This document shows, in pieces, positions 58,386 through 64,000 of a stretch of 64,000 nucleotides of DNA; the first letter of the stretch is position 1; each line of letters opens with the position of its first letter. The notes under the pieces are model-generated. The model did not search any database. It had not been told where the DNA came from and saw only the letters and a list, made by a program, of their open reading frames with translations. This stretch comes from Eledone cirrhosa (taxonomy: Eukaryota), in assembly GCA_964016885.1 (NCBI GenBank), contig OZ024744.1:132122001-132186000 (forward strand). The letters are read 5' to 3'. The position numbers were made by a program, and so were the translations under genes.

Positions 58386-61090
58386 AGTCGGAGTTAAGTT
58401 AAGTTGGGGTTAAGTTAAGTTAGGCTTAACTTAAGTTGGGGTTAAGTTAAGTTGGGGGTAAGTTAAGTTGGGGGTAAGTTAAGTTGGGGTTAAGATAAGT
58501 GGTGGTTATGTTAAGTTGAGGTTAAGTTAAGTTAGGGTTAAATTAATTTGGGGTTAAGTTAAGTTGGGTGTAAGTTAAGTTGGGGTTGAGTGAAGTTGGG
58601 GTTAAGTTAAGTTGGGGTTAAGTAGAGTTGGGGTTAAGTTAAGTTGGGGTTAAGTTAAGTTGGTGTTAAGTTGGGGTTAAGTTAAGTTGGGGTTAAGTTG
58701 GGGTTAAGTTAAGTGGTGGTTATGTTAAGTTGGGGTTAACTTAAGTTGGGGTTAATTTAAATTGGGGTTAAGTTAACTTTGTGATTAAGTTAAGTTGGGG
58801 TTAAGTTAAGTTGGGGTTAAATTAAGTTGGGGTTGAGTGAAGTTGGGGTTAAGTTAAGTTGGGGTTAAGTTAAGTTGGGGTTAACTTAAGTTGGGTTTAA
58901 GTTAAGTTGCGGTTAAGTTAAGTTGGGGTTAAGTTAAGTTAGGGTTAAGTTAAGTCGGGGTTAATTTAAGTTGGGGTTGAGTTAAGTTGGGGTTAATTTA
59001 AGTTGAGGTTATGTTAAGTTGGGGTTAATTTAAGTTGGGGTTAAGTTAAGTTGGGGTTAAGTTAAGTTGGGGTTAATTTAAGTTGGGATTAAGTTCAGTT
59101 GGGGTTAAATTAAGTTGGGGTTAAGTTAAGCTGGGGTTAAATTAAGTTGGGGTTAAGTTAAGTTGGGGTTAAGTTAAGTTGGGGTTAAGTTAAGTTAGGG
59201 TTAATTTAAGTTGGGGTTATGTTAAGTTGGGGTTAAGTTAAGTTGGGGTTAAGTCGAGTTGGGATTAAGTTAAGTTGGGGGTTAGTTAAGTTAAGTTTAA
59301 GTTAAGTTGGAGTTAATTTAAGTTGGGGTTAAGTTAAGTTGGGGTTCAGTTAAGTTGGGGTTAAGTTAAGTTGGGGTTAAGTTAAGTTGGTTTAAGTTAA
59401 GTTGGGGTTAGGTTAAGTTGGGGATAAGTTAAGTTGGGGATAAGCTAAGTTGGGGTTAAGTTAAGTTGGGTTTAAGTTAAGTTGGGGTTAAGTTAAGTTA
59501 GGCTTAACTTAAGTTGGGGTTAAGTTAAGTTGGGGGTAAATTAAGTTGGGGGTAAGTTAAGTTGGGGTTAAGTTAAGTTGGGGTTAAGTTAAGTGGTGGT
59601 TATTTTAAGTTGGGGTTAAGTTAAGTTGGGGTTAAATTAAGTTGGGGTTAAGTTATGTTGGGTGTAAGTTAAGTTGGGGTTGAGTGAAGTTGGGGTTAAG
59701 TTAAGTTGGGGTTAAGTTAAGTTAGGGTTAATTTAAGTTGGGGTTATGTTAAGTTGGGGTTAAGTTAAGTTGGGGTTAAGTAGAGTTGGGGTTAAGTTAA
59801 GTTGGGGTTAAGTTAAGTTGGTGTTAAGTTGGGGTTAAGTTAAGTTGGGGTTAAGTTAAGTCGGGGTTAAGTTAAGTTGGGGTTGAGTTAAGTTGGGGTT
59901 AATTTAAGTTGAGGTTATGTTAAGTTGGGGTTAATTTAAGTTGGGGTTAATTTAAGTTGGGGTTAAGTTAAGTTGGGGTTAAGTTGAGGTTAAGTTAAGT
60001 TGTGGTTAAGTTAAGTTGGTGCTAAGTTAAGTTGGGGCTAAGTTAAGTTGGGGCTAAGTTAAGTTGGGGTTAAGTTAAGTTGGGGTTAAGTTAAGTTGGG
60101 TTTAATTTAAGTTGGGGCTAAGTTAAGTTGGGGCTGAGTTAAGTTGGGGTTAAGTTAATTTTGGGTTAAGTTAAGTTGTGGTTCAGTTAAGTTGGGGTTA
60201 AGTTAAGTTTGGGTTAATTTGGGGTTAAATTAAGTTGGGGTTAAGTTAAGTTGGGGTTAAGTTAAGTTGGGGTTAAGTTAAGTTGGGGTTAATTTAAGTT
60301 GGGGTTAAGTTAAGTCGGGGTTAAGTTAAGTCGGTGTTAAGTTAAGTTAGGGTTAAGTTAAGTTGGGGTTAAGTTAAGTTGGCTTTAAGTTAAGCTGGGG
60401 TTAAGTTAAGTTGGGGTTAAATTAAGTTGGGGTTAAGTTAAGTTGGGGTTAGGTTAAGTTTGGGTTAGGTTAAGTTGGGGTTAAATTAAGTTGGGGTTAA
60501 GTTAAGTTGGGGTTAAGTTAAGTTGGGGTTAGGTTAAGTTGGGGATAAGTTAAGTTGGGGATAATTTAAGTTGGGGTTAAGTTAAGTTGGGGTTAGGTTA
60601 AGTTTGGGTTAGGTTAAGTTGGGGTTAAGTTAAGTTGGGGTTAAGTTAAGTTTGGGTTAGGTTAAGTTGGGGATTAGTTAAGTTGGGGATAAGTTAAGTT
60701 GGGGTTAAGTTAAGTTGGGTTTAAGTTAAGTTGTGGTTAAGTTAAGTTGGGGTTAAGTTAAGTTGGGGGTTAAGTTAAGTTGGGGTTAGTTAAGTTTAGT
60801 TTAAGTTAAGTTGGGGTTAATTTAAGTTGGGGTTAAGTTAAGTTGGGGTTCAGTTAAGTTGGGGATAAGTCAAGTTGGGGTTAAGTTAAGTTGGGGTTAA
60901 GTTAAGTTGGGGTTAGGTTAAGTTGGGGATAAGTTAAGTTGGGGATAAGCTAAGTTGGGGTTAAGTTAAGTTGGGTTTAAGTTAAGTTGGGGTTAAGTTA
61001 AGTTGGGGTTAAATTAAGTTGGAGATAAGTTAAGCTGGGGTTAAATTAAGTTGGGGTTAAGTTAAGTTGGGGTTAGGTTAAGTTGGGGTT

Positions 61091-61386
61091 AACCCCAACT
61101 TAACTTAACCCCAACTTAACTTAGCCCCAACTTCACTCAACCCCAACTTAACTTAACCCCAACTTCACTCAACCCCAACTTAACTCAACCCCAACTTAAG
61201 TTAACCCCAACTTAACTTAACCCTAACTTAACTTAACCCCGACTTAACTTAACCCCGACTTAACTTAACCCCAACTTAACTTAACCCCAACTTAACTTAA
61301 CCCCAACTTAACTTAATCCCAACTTGACTTAACCCCAACTTAACTCACACCCAACTTAACTTACCCCCAACTTAACTTAACCCCAA
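61091..61386 (-). repeat. Inverted satellite tract, subtype III
   Basis: TTAGCCCC variant and AAAATCGGAGTTACG end. Confidence 0.93.
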
Positions 61387-64000
61387 AATCGGAGTTACGT
61401 TAAGTTGGGGTTAAGTTAAGTTAGGCTTAACTTAAGTTGGGCTTAAGTTAAGTTGGGGGTAAGTTAAGTTGGGGGTAAGTTAAGTTGGGGTTAATTTAAG
61501 TTGGGGTTAAGTTAAGTGGTGGTTATGTTAAGTTGGGGTTAAGTTAAGTTGGGGTTAAATTAAGTTGGGGTTAAGTTAAGTTGGGTGTAAGTTAAGTTGG
61601 GGTTGAGTGAAGTTGGGGTTAAGTTAAGTTGGGGTTAAGTAGAGTTGGGGTTAAGTTAAGTTGGGGTTAAGTTAAGTTGGTGTTAAGTTGGGGTTAAGTT
61701 AAGTTGGGGTTAAGTTGGGGTTAAGTTAAGTGGTGGTTATGTTAAGTTGGGGTTAACTTAAGTTGGGGTTAATTTAAATTGGTGTTAAGTTAACTTTGTG
61801 GTTAAGTTAAGTTGGGGTTAAGTTAAGTTGGGGTTAAGTTAAGTTGGGGTTGAGGGAAGTTGGGGTTAAGTTAAGTTGGGGTTAACTTAAGTTGGGTTTA
61901 AGTTAAGTTGCGGTTAAGTTAAGTTGGGGTTAAGTTAAGTTGGAGTTAAGTTAAGTCGGGGTTAAGTTAAGTTGGGGTTGAGTTAAGTTGGGGTTAATTT
62001 AAGTTGAGGTTATGTTAAGTTGGGGTTAATTTAAGTCGGGGTTAAGTTAAGTTGGGGTTAAGTTAAGTTGGGGTTAATTTAAGTTGGGGTTAAGTTCAGT
62101 TGGGGTTAATTTAAGTTGGGGTTAAGTTAAGTTGGGTTTAAGTTAAGTTGGGGTTAAATTAAGTTGGGGTTAAATTAAGTTGGGGTTAAGTTAAGTTGGG
62201 GTTAGGTTAAGTTGGGGATAAGTTAAGTTGGGGATAAGCTAAGTTGGGGTTAAGTTAAATTGGGTTTAAGTTAAGTTGGGGTTAAGTTAAGTCGGGGTTA
62301 TGTTAAGTCGGTGTTAAGTTAAGTTAGGGTTAAGTTAAGTTGGGGTTAAGTTAAGTTGGGGTTGAGTTAAGTTGGGGTTGAGTTAAATTGGGGTTGAGTT
62401 AAGTTGGGGTTAAGTTAAGTTGGGGTTAAGTTAAGTTGGGGTTGAGTTAAGTTGGGGTTACTTAAGTTGGGGCTAAGTTAAGTTGGGGCTGAGTTAAGTT
62501 GGGTGTACGTTAAGTTGGGGTTGACTGAAGTTGGGGTTAAGTTAAGTTGGGGTTAAGTTAAGTTAGGGTTAATTTAAGTTGGGTTTATGTTAAGTTGGGG
62601 TTAAGTTAAGTTGGGGTTAAGTAGAGTTGGGGTTAATTTAAGTTGGGGTTAAGTTAAGTTGGTGTTAAGTTGGGGGTAATTTAAGTGGTGGTTATGTTAA
62701 GTTGGGGTTAAGTTAAGTTGGGGTTAATTTAAATTGGGGTTAAGTTAAATTTGTGGTTAAGTTAAGTTGGAGTTAAGTTAAGTTGGAGTTAAGTTAAGTT
62801 GGGGTTGAGTGAAGTTGGGGTTAAGTTAAGTTGGGGTTACCTTAAGTTGGGTTTGAGTTAAGTTGCGGTTAAGTTAAGTTGGGGTTAAGTTAAGTTGGGG
62901 TTAAGTTAAGTCGGGGTTAATTTAAGTTGGGGTTAAGTTAAGTTGGGGTTAATTTAAGTTGGGGTTAAGTTAAGTTTAGGTTAAGTTAAATTGGGGTTAA
63001 ATTAAGTTGGGGTTAAGTTAAGTTGGGGTTAAGTTAAGTTGGGGTTAGGTTAAGTTGGGGATAAGTTAAGTTGGGGATAAGTTAAGTTGGGGTTAAGTTA
63101 AGTTGGGTTTAAGTTAAGTTGGGGTTAAGTTAAGTTGGGGTTTAATTAAGTTGGGGTTGAGTTAAGTTGGGGTTGACTTAAGTTGGGCTTAAGTTAAGTT
63201 GGGGTTAAGTTAAGATGTGGTTAAGTTAAGTTGGGGTTAAGTTAAGTTGGGGTTAAATTAAGTTGGGGTTAAGTTAAGTTGGGGGTAAGGTAAGTTGGTG
63301 GTTAGTTAAGTTGGGGGTAAGTTAAGATGGGGCTAAGTTAAGTTGGGGTTATGTTAAGTTGGGTTTAAGTTAAGTTGGGGTTAAGTTAAGTTGGGGTTAA
63401 GTTAAGTTGGGGTTAAGTTAAGTTGGGGTTAAGTTAAGTTGGGGTTAAGTTAAGTTGGGGTTAATTTAAGTTGGGGTTAAATTAAGTTGGGGTTAATTTA
63501 AGTTGGGGGTTAAGATAAGTTGGGGTTAAGTTAAGTTGGGGTTAAATTAAGTTGGGGTTAAGTTAAGTTGGGGTTAATTTAAGTTGGGGTTAAGTTAAGT
63601 TGGGGTTGAGTTAAGTTGGGGGTAAGTTAAGTTGGGGGTAAGTTAAGTTGGGTGTAAGTTAAGATGGGGTTAATTTAAGTTGGGGTTAAGTTATTTTGGG
63701 GTTAAGTTAAGTTGGGAGTAAGTTAAGTTGGTGATAAGTTAAGTTGGGGGTAAGTTAAGTTGGGGTTAAGTTAAGTTGGGTTAAGTTGGGGTTAAGTTAA
63801 GTTAGGGTTAAGTTAAGTTGGGGTTGAGTTAAGTTGGGGTTAAGTTAAGAGGTGGTTATGTTCAGTTGGGGTTAAGTTAAGTTGGGGTTAAGTTAAGTTG
63901 GGGTTAAGTTAAGTTGGGGTTAAGATAAGTTGGGGTTAAGTTAAGTTGGGGTTGAGTTAAGTTGGGGTTGAGTTAATTTGGGGTTAAGTTAAGTTGGGGT

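Larger units (their letters stand above)
1..64000 (+). repeat. Composite satellite array dominated by a telomere-like 16-bp monomer GGGGTTAAGTTAAGTT (TTAAG-TTAAG-TTGGGG), G-rich strand on +, interrupted by AT-rich blocks and short inverted tracts
   Basis: The GGGG tract recurs every 16 bp through the window (e.g. 961-1060). Frequent single-base variants (TTAAT, TAAAT, TTGAG, TTATG, GGGAT, GCGG) and occasional 11-bp units (TTAAGTTGGGG) are visible. Confidence 0.98.

Noticed and set aside
1-64000. Active telomerase-synthesised terminal telomere tract
   Set aside because: It is too degenerate, with kilobase-scale copied variant patterns, inversions and AT blocks. At most it is telomere-derived or subtelomeric.

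Overview
The window is entirely non-coding, eukaryote-like satellite DNA. I found no credible genes, RNA genes or CRISPR arrays. About 83% is a strand-asymmetric, telomere-like 16-bp tandem repeat (TTAAG-TTAAG-TTGGGG, with 11-bp TTAAGTTGGGG and many point variants). Six copies of a 1.6-2.0 kb AT-rich block interrupt it. Each block is built from a palindromic ~37-bp monomer (AGGTTTTTCGAAAAACCT-TATATAATCAA-Tn), a ~45-bp monomer and a duplicated hairpin-containing core, and looks like a foldback/MITE relic. Eighteen short (~135-345 bp) inverted C-strand tracts of the 16-mer also occur. Fifteen of them start at a perfectly symmetric GGGGTT|AACCCC junction, and all end at a conserved CC-AAA(G/A)TCGGAG junction, implying one ancestral inversion that was then amplified. 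These parts are arranged in nested higher-order repeats of about 5.0-5.9 kb and about 11-14 kb. The single ORF is a by-product of a local template-switch palindrome. The organism cannot be determined from the sequence. Coordinates were read by eye and may be off by a few bases.
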